Origin: the human T2T-CHM13v2.0 reference genome, Homo sapiens
DNA length: 64,000 nucleotides
Direction: 5' to 3' (one strand)
Assembly: GCF_009914755.1 (NCBI RefSeq)
Contig: NC_060930.1
The notes beneath the pieces are model-generated. The model saw only the letters and a list, made by a program, of their open reading frames with translations. It was not told the DNA's origin and searched no databases. Position numbers and translations under genes: made by a program. Shown piece by piece: positions 1 through 12,404 of this stretch; the first letter of the stretch is position 1; each line of letters opens with the position of its first letter.

Positions 1-464
1 GGTTTAGGCAATCAGTCATATATACCTCCATACAGACATTCAGCCACTCACACACATACATGCTTGTCCACACACTGATAGTAAATCGTGTGTAATATGA
101 TATTACTCATGGAGTTTTACCATTGAATCATGTTTGACAGCCATGGTAAAGAACTGAGAAAAAGCAAATATTCTACCATTGCAACCAGCAGCAAGAACAT
201 ATTTGTGCCTAAATAGCATATTACACCATCTGGTAAGCAACCACCTAAAATGAACACTCTTATGATTAAACATGGAGAATCTGACTGACATTTTAGAGTT
301 TCTATTTGTAAGGGATGCTTTTGATGCCACACCCATGTATTTTTGGCACTCACCTTCATACACCAAAGGCTGCTACCACAAAACCTATGACTTCCTTCTG
401 AAAAAGCTTTTTTTCTTTTGATAATTTTGGTATCAATGTTTTTCTCTTTTTTTTTTCCTTCTGA

Positions 465-875
465 GAGTTTTTGGTGGCCTCAAGGAAGAGCACAGTTAGC
501 CTGTGTTCAGAGAAAGCCAAAGGGCTGGAGAGTTAATGTCCCCAAAGCATCCCCCAAAGTCCTGACAGAAAAGAAAGGTAAGCTCCAAGACAGGGGAGCC
601 AGGATTTGAAATATTAACACATGAGCTTCCCTGTGGCTTGGCTGGGATAATTTGGGGTGCTGTTCCCATGGTCTCCCGCAGTTCCCTATCAGACTTGAGC
701 GCCAGCTTCCACAGTGGTAACCAGTTTGATAACACTTCCCTTATTGGCCTTATTTCTTTTCCTAGGATACTTCCTCATTTTCCTACTGGTGTTTTATAGG
801 ATCGCCCCCCATTAAACTACTTGGATTCTAAGCCTTGTATCAGGGTCTGCTTCTGGGACAACCCAAACTAAGACA
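465..875 (+). mobile_element. Old ERVL-class solo LTR fragment (LTR16/LTR33-like)
   Basis: 3' end agggtctgcttctgggacaacccaaactaagaca and internal ggagagttaatgtcccc motif; 5' boundary approximate. Confidence 0.6.
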
Positions 876-1684
876 CTATCTTCAGTCTTTATTCCCTTCT
901 GTTAGGATAAAATATAATTTTCATCAAATACTCTGGAACATACATCCCTTATGGATTCCAAAGAAATGGGATCCTCACCAAAAGCTCAAGTCCAGAAAAG
1001 TCCCACAATTAGGCATGTGCTTATTTTAACATATCAGAATGTTTTCCCCATAGCATAAATACCTGTAATGGTGGAATAATTCTTAAAACCAATAGAAAAC
1101 TTACTATAGAACACCATTTGAGTAGATCTAGGGGTAAATAGGAGGGTAACCCCTTATCTTTTCTTCTTTTGCTACTTTCTTTTTAGTGCTACCCACATAT
1201 TTTCTCAGTATAAATGTGTCCCTGAATTTCATTCTTCTGTGCAAAAAATATATTTGCTGGTTCTATTCAACAAATGCAACCAACACATTAAAACGAACAT
1301 TTATTCAGCATTTCCATGCGCTTGGCACTGACTTTAAAACCAATACTGTAGTCCTTACAGCTTTTCACTCTATTCCAGAGATAAGCCTTCAACATATGGA
1401 AAAACATAAAATAAATGTTAAAAAGTATAAATATTCAAGCATGAAATTTTATGGTAATTAAAAGAATCATATGTAGAAACAGCTCCAAATGTCAAATGCT
1501 GTACTGTAGCAGTAGTTCAGGTGAAAGAAAGGTGAAAACAAGTAAAAAGATACATAGAACTGTCTGCATTTTAGGCTTTCATATTACAGATAAATTCTTA
1601 AACCAATGACCTGAAGGCCTCAGTTCATTCTGCATGCTCTTGGATGACGTGTAACAGCAAACTCTTCTGGCTGGTTACTTATAA

Positions 1685-2790
1685 TCCATTCATTTGATCA
1701 GTCAACCAAAATTTATTGAGTAACCCCCAAATACACATCAGTGAACAACAAAAAAAAAATCCTGCCCTCATGAAGTTTGTGTTCTAAAAAGGATAAACAG
1801 TACATTAACATAAGCAATTACATTTATAATATAATGTTAAGTACCACGACTCTAACAAACAATAAAGCAAGCACAGTAGAGCTACAGAAAAATGATCTCA
1901 TGATTATTTTAGATAGGGTGGTCAAGGATGGCTTCTCTGAGGGTACCTTATTTGAACAGCGGGAACTAGCTCCCAAAGAAGTGAGAATAAAATATTCCAG
2001 GAAGAGGAAAAAGCCAGCACAAACGCCCTGATGTAGTGATACACATACCATGTTAAACGAAAAATAAGAGACCAGGATAAGTAAGTAAAAGGCGTGTCAC
2101 AAGAGAGGAGGTGAGAGAGTGGGCAGGAACCAGGGGCTACAAGACTTACAGGCTTGTAGCTGGGACTTCATTCTGAATGGGTGGAAAGCTGAAAATATCC
2201 CTCTGGCCATGTGTGAAGAATAGACTAGAGACTACAAAAGTAGAAGAAAGAAGACCAGCAAGGAGGCTATTCCCTCATCTAGTGAGAGACAATGGTGGCT
2301 AGTAGTAAAGGGAATGGTGAGGGTGGTAGTAGTGGAGGAAATGAGAAGTTTGAGAATTTGGGTTAGGAAAAAGAAAAATAAAAGATGACTCCCAGGTTTT
2401 TTACTTAAATAGCCTAATGAATGGTGGCACCAATTACTGAGGTAGGGACAGCTAGGCAAGAAGCAGGTTGTAGATTGGGGAAGAGATCAAGAATCTTTTT
2501 GAGGCATATTGAGTCTGAGATGTCTACTATCTTTCCAAGTAAAGTCAGTTGGCTATACTAGACCAAATTTCAGGGTCGAGTCTAGGCTGAGGATATAAAT
2601 TGGAAGTCATCAGCATTTGATGGTATTTCAGTCTTGGTCCTGGGGAGCAAAATTAGAGAAAGAAGGAAAAAGGTCTCAGGACATAGTCCTGTGAAAGTCA
2701 CACATTCAAAAATTTAAAAGGACAAGGGAGACCAGAAAAGAAATCTAAAAAGAATCAACTAATGAGATAGGGAGAAAACAGAAAAACTTC
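1685..2790 (-). mobile_element. L2 LINE 3' fragment
   Basis: cattcattt...atttattgag tail motif and purine-rich L2 body; boundaries approximate. Confidence 0.65.
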
Positions 2791-3435
2791 TTTACATTTG
2801 ACCGGAGCAGGTTCCAGCTGAACACAAATGAGAATTCAGAGTCAGCTTGTTAGTGGAAATAAAAAGACAATGATCTCTCCAGGGGTCCAGCCATAAAAAT
2901 TGACATAAAAGGGTGCTTTGTTTGCATAAGCAAGAAGAGGAAGAAGTTTGGAGCACAGCCTTGTTTGGGGGAGAGTTGGAGAATGGAGAAAAGGGAGACA
3001 AAACACATGACATCTACCCTACCATTGAGAGAGCGCTTTAAGTCCTGACAGAAAAGAAAGGTAAGCTTAAAGAAAAAGGAGCTGGTTCCATGGCAGACCA
3101 GTATGAAACACTGAGCATGATGGCTGCTTCAGGCCCAAGTGCCCAAGCTGGGCGAGAACTGTCCTCCCAGCTGTGCACTAAGTTGGGCATTGAGAATCTG
3201 CACTTTTGACATGGACACAGGCAATCTCATAGAGGGCACAGCAGTAAAGTTGTGAGATCACATAATGACTCAGCATTCCTGTAATACAGGTGAATTGGCA
3301 GCAGATTAGCACAGACTCCAACTCTAGAATTTAGGTCTTCACCAGTACATTTCATTCTCAGTGAGCACAGCAAAACCAGCTCCTTCACAAGCACCCTTGC
3401 CTCTACCACAGGCATTGCATTCAGATATAGCTTAC

Positions 3436-3593
3436 CTGCGTTGAAGAAGGATGCAGTCCATTCTGCCTCTGTTTTAGGAAATACAGAAACTGGTGGAGGC
3501 AGACCCAGGGCTCTCCCATCCAGATCCTTGAAGAGATATTTTCTTGGACTTGCACAGTCTAATTCAGGACAGACTACTTTTCCTAAATCTTTC
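3436..3593 (-). CDS. PKHD1: Fibrocystin coding exon 60 (158 nt, phase 2-1): [52 protein letters not shown]
   Basis: Acceptor gactgtcttcacag|GA, donor CAG|gtaagc; within ORF 3227..3625. Confidence 0.95.
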
Positions 3594-4270
3594 CTGTGAA
3601 GACAGTCAAAAAGCAACTCTTTCATTTCATGATAAGCAGCAAGAAGAAAATATACATTGGTAGTGCTAATGTTGTTTAAAATAAATTCAACAGATTTTTA
3701 TTATTGACAATGTGTTACATAGATATAAAATAAAACTCTTTATGAAATAATTTATTTCCCAATTATATGGTCAAGAAGAAAGACATTCTTACTAACCAAA
3801 TATTTTGGATATCCTAATATGTAATCTTTATATAGATTGCTGATTTTTTAAGAAGCAAGATACAATAAAGTGTTCCTCTCATAACAACTGAACATAATAT
3901 AATTATTTTTAGGAATTTCAGGGGTTTGCAGTATTTTAGAATTATTATAAATATCAATTATATTTATGCTATATGCAAAGAAAAATAGATATTCTCATTC
4001 AACAAATATCTATTGAAAACCTACAAAAGACAGGCTGGGTAACATGATGGTAATAAAGCCAAACATGGCACTGCACTTTCAGAATTTAGAGTCAAGTGGG
4101 CTATATAAACAATTAATAGATAATTATAATGTTGACTTACAGAGAACTTATTTTATTTCCCCTAATCTAATGCTTTGAAATACCATTAGTAATAATATTA
4201 AATATTTATTGTATACCAACAATGTATTGAGTATTATCAGCACAAAGATTCAGCTGTTAATATCACATAG

Positions 4271-4839
4271 TACTATGATTTGAATGATGGTCCTTTCAAA
4301 TTTCATGTTGAAACTTAATCCTTAATGAAACAGTATTAAGAAGTGTGGCCTTTGGGAAGTGATAAAGCTATGAGGATTCAATTCTCATGAATAAGATAGT
4401 ACCCTTATAAAAGGGCTTGAGGATGAAGAGAGTACTCTCTTGCCCTTCCATTTCTTCTCCTATGTGAGAACACAGCGTTTCTCCCCTCTGGAAGATGCAC
4501 GAACAAGGCACCATCTTGGAAGGAGGGAGAAACCTTCACCAGACGCCTATTATGCCAGTGTTTGATCTTGGACTCCCCAGCCTCCAGAACTATAAGAAAT
4601 AAATTTATGTCCAGGTGCAGTGGTTCAGCCTGTAATCCCAAAACTTTGGGAGGCTGAGGCGGGAGGATCACTTGAGCTCAGGAGGTCAAGGCTGCAGTTA
4701 GCCATGATTGTGCCACTGCACTTCAACCTGGGTGACACAGTGAGACCCCATCTCCAAAAATAAAATAAATAAATTTCTGTTCTTCATAAATTATCCAGTC
4801 TGTGGTACTTTGTTATAGCAGCACAAACAGACTAAGACA
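4271..4839 (+). mobile_element. MaLR solo LTR (MST/MLT1A-like) interrupted by an Alu monomer
   Basis: ttcatgttgaaacttaatcc, gatcttggact..cagcctccagaact, 3' end gttatagcagcacaaacagactaagaca. Confidence 0.85.
4610..4770 (+). mobile_element. Monomeric Alu (FRAM/FAM-like or internally deleted AluJ)
   Basis: Single ~150-nt Alu arm with A-rich tail; TSD aaataaattt(a/c)tgt on both sides. Confidence 0.85.
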
Positions 4840-5469
4840 TGTAACTTAACAGCTATATCAGCCCGGGATAAGACATGAACATAAGGAAAATTGGATAGTA
4901 AATTTTAAAAAGTGACAAAACAACACAAATTGCCTACCTACTCATGTTTAGGTACCTAATCATGATTCAGGGATAGGCATCAAAAAGAGACTCGTGTTAA
5001 GCCAAACACATGAATGTTCTAATTAGGGTGGCTTCTTTAGTTTTTTGCTTTGTTTTTTTTTCTTCCAATAAAGGAGTTTGCCCCAGTGTTGTGGGAAAGA
5101 AAAAGTAATTCATTCTTCCTGTTTCTAACTTTCTACTCTCTTTCATGGCATAAAAAAATCCTATCTAATTTTCACATATTTGAATGAAACTCTTAGATCA
5201 TATGTCAGAAAACAGTATTTACACCTGGTCTGAAATACCAATATCTGCTAGACCTCATCGTTCAGTTCAGAGATTCCTGTCAGCAGACACAATCTCCTTC
5301 TATCTACTAGTTCCTGCACAAAAGGCTCCCAAGGTCTCCTTCTGAAGACCACTGACACTTTACTCCAATGAAGAATGAAGAATTAGAGTCAATTTATTAC
5401 CAGCAAGTTTGAAAACATCCCAAAGAAGTCTCTCTAATTAAGACAAAACAATAAAACAATATCAATAAA

Positions 5470-5630
5470 ACTTGCACTTCATTACTTCTGCCTCTTTCAT
5501 CAGCTAAAGAAAATCACATGGCTGAGTCCAGATTCAAGGGGGAGGGAAATAGCCCCTGCCTCTTTAGTGAGAGATATTTTAAAAATCATATATCACAAGG
5601 CGTGAATATAGGAGGGGTAAAGAATTGGTC
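5470..5630 (-). mobile_element. MLT1-type MaLR LTR fragment
   Basis: aatcacatggctgagtccagattcaagggggagggaaatag motif. Confidence 0.5.
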
Positions 5631-5771
5631 ATTAAGTTAATGTACCTTACCATTCTAAGATTCATTTCTATTTCTTTGATGATTTTATTCCTTTCAAAAA
5701 ACATGTTTAGGGTTTGAAGAATTGCCAAGTACTTCATAAATATGGCTTATTATAAATACTAAAAATTATAC

Positions 5772-5940
5772 CTGGGTTGTAATGAAGGAAAGTAGAACTT
5801 GTTTTTATCTTTTATCTTTAGCATCCTGGTCCTCTCTGCTGTTATTGGGTGCATAATTCCACTGTTCTCTGCATTTGGTAGAATGCAGACATCCAGGTCA
5901 TCGCTATAGCAACTCTTCACAAAACTAGAAAAGGTAACAT
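5772..5940 (-). CDS. PKHD1: Fibrocystin coding exon 59 (169 nt, phase 1-2): [57 protein letters not shown]
   Basis: Acceptor ttttaaaatttcag|AT, donor CAG|gtataa; within ORF 5759..5965. Confidence 0.95.
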
Positions 5941-6473
5941 CTGAAATTTTAAAAATATGTATCATAATATTATATCATATAAACCACCAGCCACAAATAT
6001 CGAATATACAACTAAATATTGTTATAATAATGTATACCCTAAGTTAGTTAAAGCTATCCAGGATAGCCTTAGGAGTTTACATACATCTTGATATAAAATA
6101 TCAGTAGTTCTTCAATACATGGACATTGCATGCAACAGAGAAGAGTATTTCAATACGTTAAACCTTTAAGAGCAATATGGCTTTTCATTTGAGGCTTAAT
6201 CAAAATCCATTCATTTTACAGAAAGACAAACCCACTGCCAGATAAACTAAGTAACAGGGGAGAGACTACAATGGTGGTACAAGAGATCTAATAGAAGATG
6301 AACTGCACCAGTCGTGTCACAACTTTGATTTTAACCCTCGTTGCTCAACCATCTACTAAGCAACTTCAGATGAGACACAACTTCTACATTTCAATTTCCT
6401 CACTTGTATAATAGGAAAAATAACACCTAACCAAGAGAGTTCTTATGTAATCAAGTTAAATAATTGCTGTGTT

Positions 6474-6592
6474 AGCCGGGAGTGGTGGCTTATGCCTGTA
6501 ATCCCAACACTTTGGGAGGCTGAGATGGGAGGACTGCTTGAGGCCAGGAGTTTGAGACCAGCCTGGTCAAGATAGCAAGATCCCATCTCATT
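6474..6592 (+). mobile_element. FLAM / Alu left monomer
   Basis: gccgggagtggtggcttatgcctgtaatccc...gagaccagcctgg, single arm. Confidence 0.85.
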
Positions 6593-6837
6593 ATATTCAA
6601 ATTTTTTAAATTTTATTAAAAAATAATAGTTGTTGTAGAAAGCTCTTCAATATGTATAAAGCAGTGACTTTTGTAAGAAATTATAAACTACCATTGTGGC
6701 TATCAATACTCAGCAGGTTGGACAGCAAGCACTAGACCACAATGTACCTTTTTGTTGATAAAATTTCAGAATGCCATTAAAAATTTTATGCATGGATGTA
6801 TGAAATGGCACTGCCTAGATAAAATAAAACATCCTAC

Positions 6838-7716
6838 CTTGAAGTTTCATGATTCCTGAAATTGAATGATCATTCCTCACTTTGTGCCATGGCTCCTGAG
6901 GCCACTGATTTGGTTCTGAGGTGAATACAGGCCACAGAATACCAATTCGACCTCCTCTTGGATTGGAGGGAGCTCTATCTGTTGATGTCAAGTTGGCTGA
7001 GTGCGGCTTCACTTTGTCCTGAATGCAGTCAAAAGAAGAGCTGGTGGCCACAATGACTGAATTCCTAAGCACAATCTGCACTTTTTTGACGGAATTTTGT
7101 GGAGCAGAAAATACATACACTACTGCCAAAAGACCAATAGTATTGTCTACCAGAGTAATGTTCTCTATCTCCACGCTGTTCTCTACATGTAACATGGCAC
7201 CATAGTCAAAGTTCTTGAAAGCCAAGAAGCCAGAGATTCTGGTACAGTTGTCAAGTCCACTTTCCTTATAGAGATGAAGGCCATGAAGACTTGAATGCGC
7301 CACATTGTCAGACCAAAGCAGTTCACAAGAGGAGCACTTGTGGCCTCGGATGTGAAAGCCAAGTCTCTCTGATCCTGCCACAACGTTGCCATGGAGGTTG
7401 ATGTCCTTTACCTGGTTCACTTTGATTCCCGCCACCCAAATGGTGGACCACGCTGGCTGTGTCATCAGAACCACAAGGTTATTAGTGACAGTATAGGCCT
7501 GACCCTCTAAATCTATGCCATGGCCAGCTGTGCCAAACACAATATTGTCATTTAAAAGTACTCCATGACTGGCAGCTGCATGAATGCCCCCGCCACAGCT
7601 CTGGTGCAGAGTAGATGATATGATCCAGGATCCTGCTGACACATTACTGAATTCAACAGATGAGTACAATGGTGACCCGAAGTTCTGAATTTCCACATTA
7701 AGAAGTTGAAGGACAC
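6838..7716 (-). CDS. PKHD1: Fibrocystin coding exon 58 (879 nt, phase 1-1), PbH1 parallel beta-helix repeats; [13 protein letters not shown]...[10 protein letters not shown]
   Basis: Acceptor atttgtttatag|GT, donor AAG|gtagga; core of the 314-aa ORF 6815..7759; GI-x-l/NN-type beta-helix repeats and sequons NVS, NCT, NIT, NLT. Confidence 0.97.
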
Positions 7717-8669
7717 CTATAAACAAATGCATGTCATCAGGTACTTTCCTCTTCCCCACAAAAGGCTGAAGAATGGCCCATTTTGGGGCATTAAGATATG
7801 AACATTTTTAATGAAAATGTAAGTTTATTCTCAACACCAACATTATATTTCACACCATAGATTCTCAACTAAAAATGTAGGAATCATTACAAGTATCACA
7901 TTAATGCCTGAATTGCATGTGCAGTCTGAAGAGTCTGGTGACAGGACAGGGAAAGATGAGAGGAGAAATAGGAAAGAGGCAAACTTTGGGGATGGGCATG
8001 GCCAAGTTTAACGATTCTGTGTATTTGTCGGGGGCCGGGTCAAAGAACTGGGTAAGAATAGATTCTGGGTTTCTGGCCCTTCACCTCAAAGTCAAGTCTC
8101 CCTCTCAGTGTCTCAGTGACACCACGTGAAAGGCCACAGCCATTCCCAAGAAGACACTGCACAAATGAATATTAAGCATTTCTGAAGAAGAGTATGAGTG
8201 CGAAATTTCCTTCTGCTCAGTTGATGTCCAGAAGCCTGATATTCCATACATGCTTCTGATTAAAACATGGTAGGAGCAATAACATGCTTTTAAAATCACT
8301 TTAAAGATTCTGTAAAATGTTTTCTATATTTTTATCCTGACTACACTTTATTCACTGTTTCATTTTTATAAGATTTTCTATATCTTTTATGTGAGGAGAA
8401 AATAGTGAATTATTTACTCTCATTTGTAGTTTTATTTGTACTGTTTTAAATAGATATTGTTAAAACACACTATAAAATACACCCAGTAAGTTGATTTAAA
8501 AATACAATGATTCAGCATACATACTTTTGGTAAAATTAATAATAACATGATTATAGATGAATTAATATGCAATAATAATGAGGTGAATTAAATACTTTAA
8601 CTCTCACATAACACTCATTATTTGCAGACACCGTTCTAATTCTTATTCATTTATTTATTCATACTCCTA

Positions 8670-8805
8670 ATTTTCAAAAAAATCCTATGAGGTAGGTACA
8701 ATTATTATCCCCATTTTACAGATAAGGAAATTGAGGCAGAGAAGAGTGAACTAACAAACTAGGACTTAAACTTAGGCATATGGATGAGAAGCCGCACTAT
8801 TAACC
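8670..8805 (-). mobile_element. MIR SINE
   Basis: attattatccccattttacagataaggaaattgaggca core. Confidence 0.75.
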
Positions 8806-9519
8806 CCATGCAGGCATCCTGGAAAGACAGAAAGACTTTGTGGTACAAAAGTAGCATCTCTGCATTATGATTCAGATAACTGCCCTATAGCTATGAGCCA
8901 ATAATTAGTTGTGTGTCCTTTGCTAGGTAGGTCACAACTTTGGCTCCTTTTATTTCATTTTTAAGGTACTGACTAAAGTAAACTATAAAGTTATTTATCT
9001 CATTAAAAATAAAGGAAGCAATACATTTGAAGTTTCTGTTTCACTGTTTCAATAATAGTATTAATAGTATTTAAGTTTCAAAGGCAGTACAGCCTAAACC
9101 CCTCATTTCTCCACTACCTTTTCAGAAATGAGAAACTAGAACCCTTGCAAATCGGCTGCCATGAAGAAGCAAGTCCTTTTGAGAAAGACAGGCTAAGTAA
9201 AGGAACCTATACGTCTACTTGGGGCCAGGCAACAGGATTCCGAAGTATCTAAATTTCTCAATGGGTGCTATTGAGGAGGCATTCGTAGATGGTGTGGACA
9301 TATTCACAGAACAATAAAACATCCAAAAGCTATTTCTTGGGCAATATCCCTCACCAATAGCACATAGCTGAAAGAGCTGGCAAACCTGCTTCGTAGAACT
9401 TTGGCACAAAGAACACCAAATGCAAGCATAAGTCCATAAATAAATAGCTTATTTTTAGCATTTAATGTGATTTTAGAATCTCTGTCAAGGCAACATGTCA
9501 GTATTATTGTTATTTCCTA

Positions 9520-9668
9520 GGTTTCTTATAAATGATATTACAAGGGAGATAAATAAAGAGATGTGTAGGGCACGGCATGAGGGAAGGGCATGCAGCTCCC
9601 ATTCCCTCCCCGGGTGCGCCACCTTAGTCTAGGAAGCTCCACATGTTCGGCTATCCAGAAGCTCTCAG
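9520..9668 (-). mobile_element. ERV1-class LTR fragment (MER21/MER34/MER39-like)
   Basis: gagatgtgtagggcacggcatgagggaaggg...ccacatgttcggctatccagaagctctc motif. Confidence 0.55.
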
Positions 9669-9825
9669 GATTATTTTAATTATCAGTTTTTTTAATGTCT
9701 TATGCTTCCATGGATTTGATTCATAGTTTTAAACTGTACAAGGTCTTTTTACTGCTGTGCACATTAACCAATGACTGAAAATTAATCAATTAGTAAAGAC
9801 TTAAAATGTCTTGAGCATTAAATAA

Positions 9826-10131
<306 letters not shown>

Positions 10132-10404
10132 TGAAGCAATTATTTTATTCACAACTATTTTCCTATTTTTCCTTTTGAAAATCACTACTGAAAAATATTT
10201 CAGCAAGTTAAGTACAACTTGCTGGGTATTATTCAGGAAGAGAAGAATGATGGAGCCCTCCAATATAAAAGTAGGACTCAAAAGTCTTGGCCTGCTTTTC
10301 TGGTCTATAACAAATCAGTACCCATATCTGCCATCCCTGACCTACACCTGCAGATCCCTTCTTATTCAGGCCCTGGACTATGTTATAGAAAAATGTAAGC
10401 ATTC

Positions 10405-10645
10405 TTAATGCAGGGTATAAACCTGAATTGAATTCTGGAACAGAAAAAAACTGATAAAATTTGAAGAAAGTCTTGAGTTTAGTTCATGGTCATGTACCAA
10501 TGTTAATGTCTTTGTTTTGACAAATATACTAGTATTATATCAGCTATTAATGGAAGAAAATTGAGTGAAAGGTATACAGGATCTCTCTATACTACCTTTG
10601 CAGCTTTTCTATAAATCCAAAATTATTACAAAATTAAAAGTTTAA
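10405..10645 (+). mobile_element. Old L1M (L1MC/L1ME) 3' UTR fragment
   Basis: tgtaccaatgttaat...gagtgaaaggtatacaggatctctct...aaaattaaaagttt motifs. Confidence 0.6.
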
Positions 10646-11265
10646 TTAACAAGAACCAGGCTCGAATCTACCACTTACTACTTGAATGACTTTCCTTACT
10701 CTTCATTAATATTTTTCATTCATATTTATTAAGTACCTAATGTACAGCAGTTACCACACTAGGAAAACAGATGAAAGACCTATTTTTCACCTCAAGGAGT
10801 TTATAAGCTAATGAAGGAGCTACATAAATAAATAGGCAATTGTACTATAGACTCTATTTCCTGTAATAGGAATATAAATTTCTCTTATGAGGATTTTAGG
10901 ATTAAATAAGATAAAATTTTCACTGTATGAAAACCAGCACAGTTTCTGGTCCACAAGAAACACAAAATAGAGTTTCTGTTTCCCTTCCCCAGGGGATGAT
11001 TTAAGGATCAGCATTGTTAGAAGTTTAGGATCAGGTCAGTCTTGCTGCTGGTTCTGCTCTGGCTTGGTGCTCAGCTGTAAGAACTGGCCTTCTGTCCTGT
11101 TCCTGTGACCATGCTCCAGCTTGCCCTGTGGCTTCAGTTAACTGGGGGCTTATCTTGCTCTCTCCTTCCTGATTCCCCATCTTCCTCAACCTTAGAATGG
11201 GGTTCTTAAAAGAATGGTTCAATTCTTAAAAGATTTGAACCAGCCTTTGTCTCCATCATCTAGAG

Positions 11266-11454
11266 CAGGGTTCTCAACCTCAACACTATTGACATTTGGA
11301 GCCAGATACTCCTTTCCTATGGGTGGTCGTCCTGTGCATGCAAGATGTTTGGCACTACCCATACATGCCAGAAGCTCCCTCAAGTTGTGACAAGTAAAAA
11401 TGTCTCTAGATATTGCCAAATATCACCTGGGGTAGCGGGCAGAAATCACCACTG
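11266..11454 (+). mobile_element. MER20 (hAT-Charlie) DNA transposon
   Basis: cagggttctcaacct..actattgacatttgg...gttgtgacaagtaaaaatgtctctagatattgccaaat...accactg. Confidence 0.85.
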
Positions 11455-12251
11455 ATAACGGCTTATGGAGACAGAGCTTGCTCTATTAACTAGAAATCTT
11501 AAATGTCTGATTTAAGGTCCAAACACTGCCCTTTACAAAACTGGTAAAATAGTTGTGCCAACAAAGAGTGTCCCATACTGAATATATTTGGGAAGTGTTT
11601 AGATCCTTTATTCTCGGCCTTCTCCAGGCCTTTATATATTCATGTACACCACGATTTTATAAGTTGGAGCTACAGTGACAACCAAACTATTTGATCAGGA
11701 AAGAACTTTGGAATAATGTATAAGGAACACAAGTTTAAGAAACGAGGTCCTAATCAAATAATTTTGCAGCATTCCAAAAGGGCTAAAACTTGAAAGAAAC
11801 AAGAAAGATTGAACTGATCCTTAAAGCAGTCTGAAATATGGAAATCATTTTTATTTAAATTTACGCTATTAATTTATAGCATGAACTGATGCCTGCCATC
11901 AGATATAGCATGCTACTGGGAAAGAGTAACAGAAATTCAGGAAAGAGATAAAATTGAAGTGGTCATTAAATCATCTATAATTTCAAAGCAGTGGAAATTT
12001 CACATCTGCTGAAGATGTTTTCTTTGAGGTAAAATGTGCATATGTGCTGACCGCTAGTATATTATTTTAACATCACACTGATAATTAAGCACAGATTAGG
12101 ACTGAAAATTCATAGCTTCTCCAAGCACAAAGGAACTATCTCATTTGAACATTTTGTTTTATAAATGAAAATTCTCACAGTTGGGATTTCTGGGTGTCCC
12201 AGATGAATAGGCTCCAACTGGTAATGGCCAATTACTTAAAATTTCATTTAC

Positions 12252-12404
12252 CTGAAAATTCTTCTCGGCTGGACTTCCTGAAGGACCCCACAAACAGTCT
12301 CCCCCTACATGATACGTCAGGCTGAATTTGTATATTTCGGGTCAACAGTCCAACCTCAGCAGCCAAACGAATGTGTCGGCCATCCTCCGTGACATGTACA
12401 CTTC
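12252..12404 (-). CDS. PKHD1: Fibrocystin coding exon 57 (153 nt, phase 1-1): [51 protein letters not shown]
   Basis: Acceptor ctattgccccag|GA, donor CAG|gtaaat; contains the [10 protein letters not shown] motif typical of PKHD1/PKHD1L1/CEMIP/TMEM2 family proteins. Confidence 0.96.

Noticed and set aside
6815-7759. 314-aa ORF as a standalone gene
   Set aside because: It is PKHD1 exon 58 plus short intronic flanks; splice sites and frame tie it to exons 57 and 59
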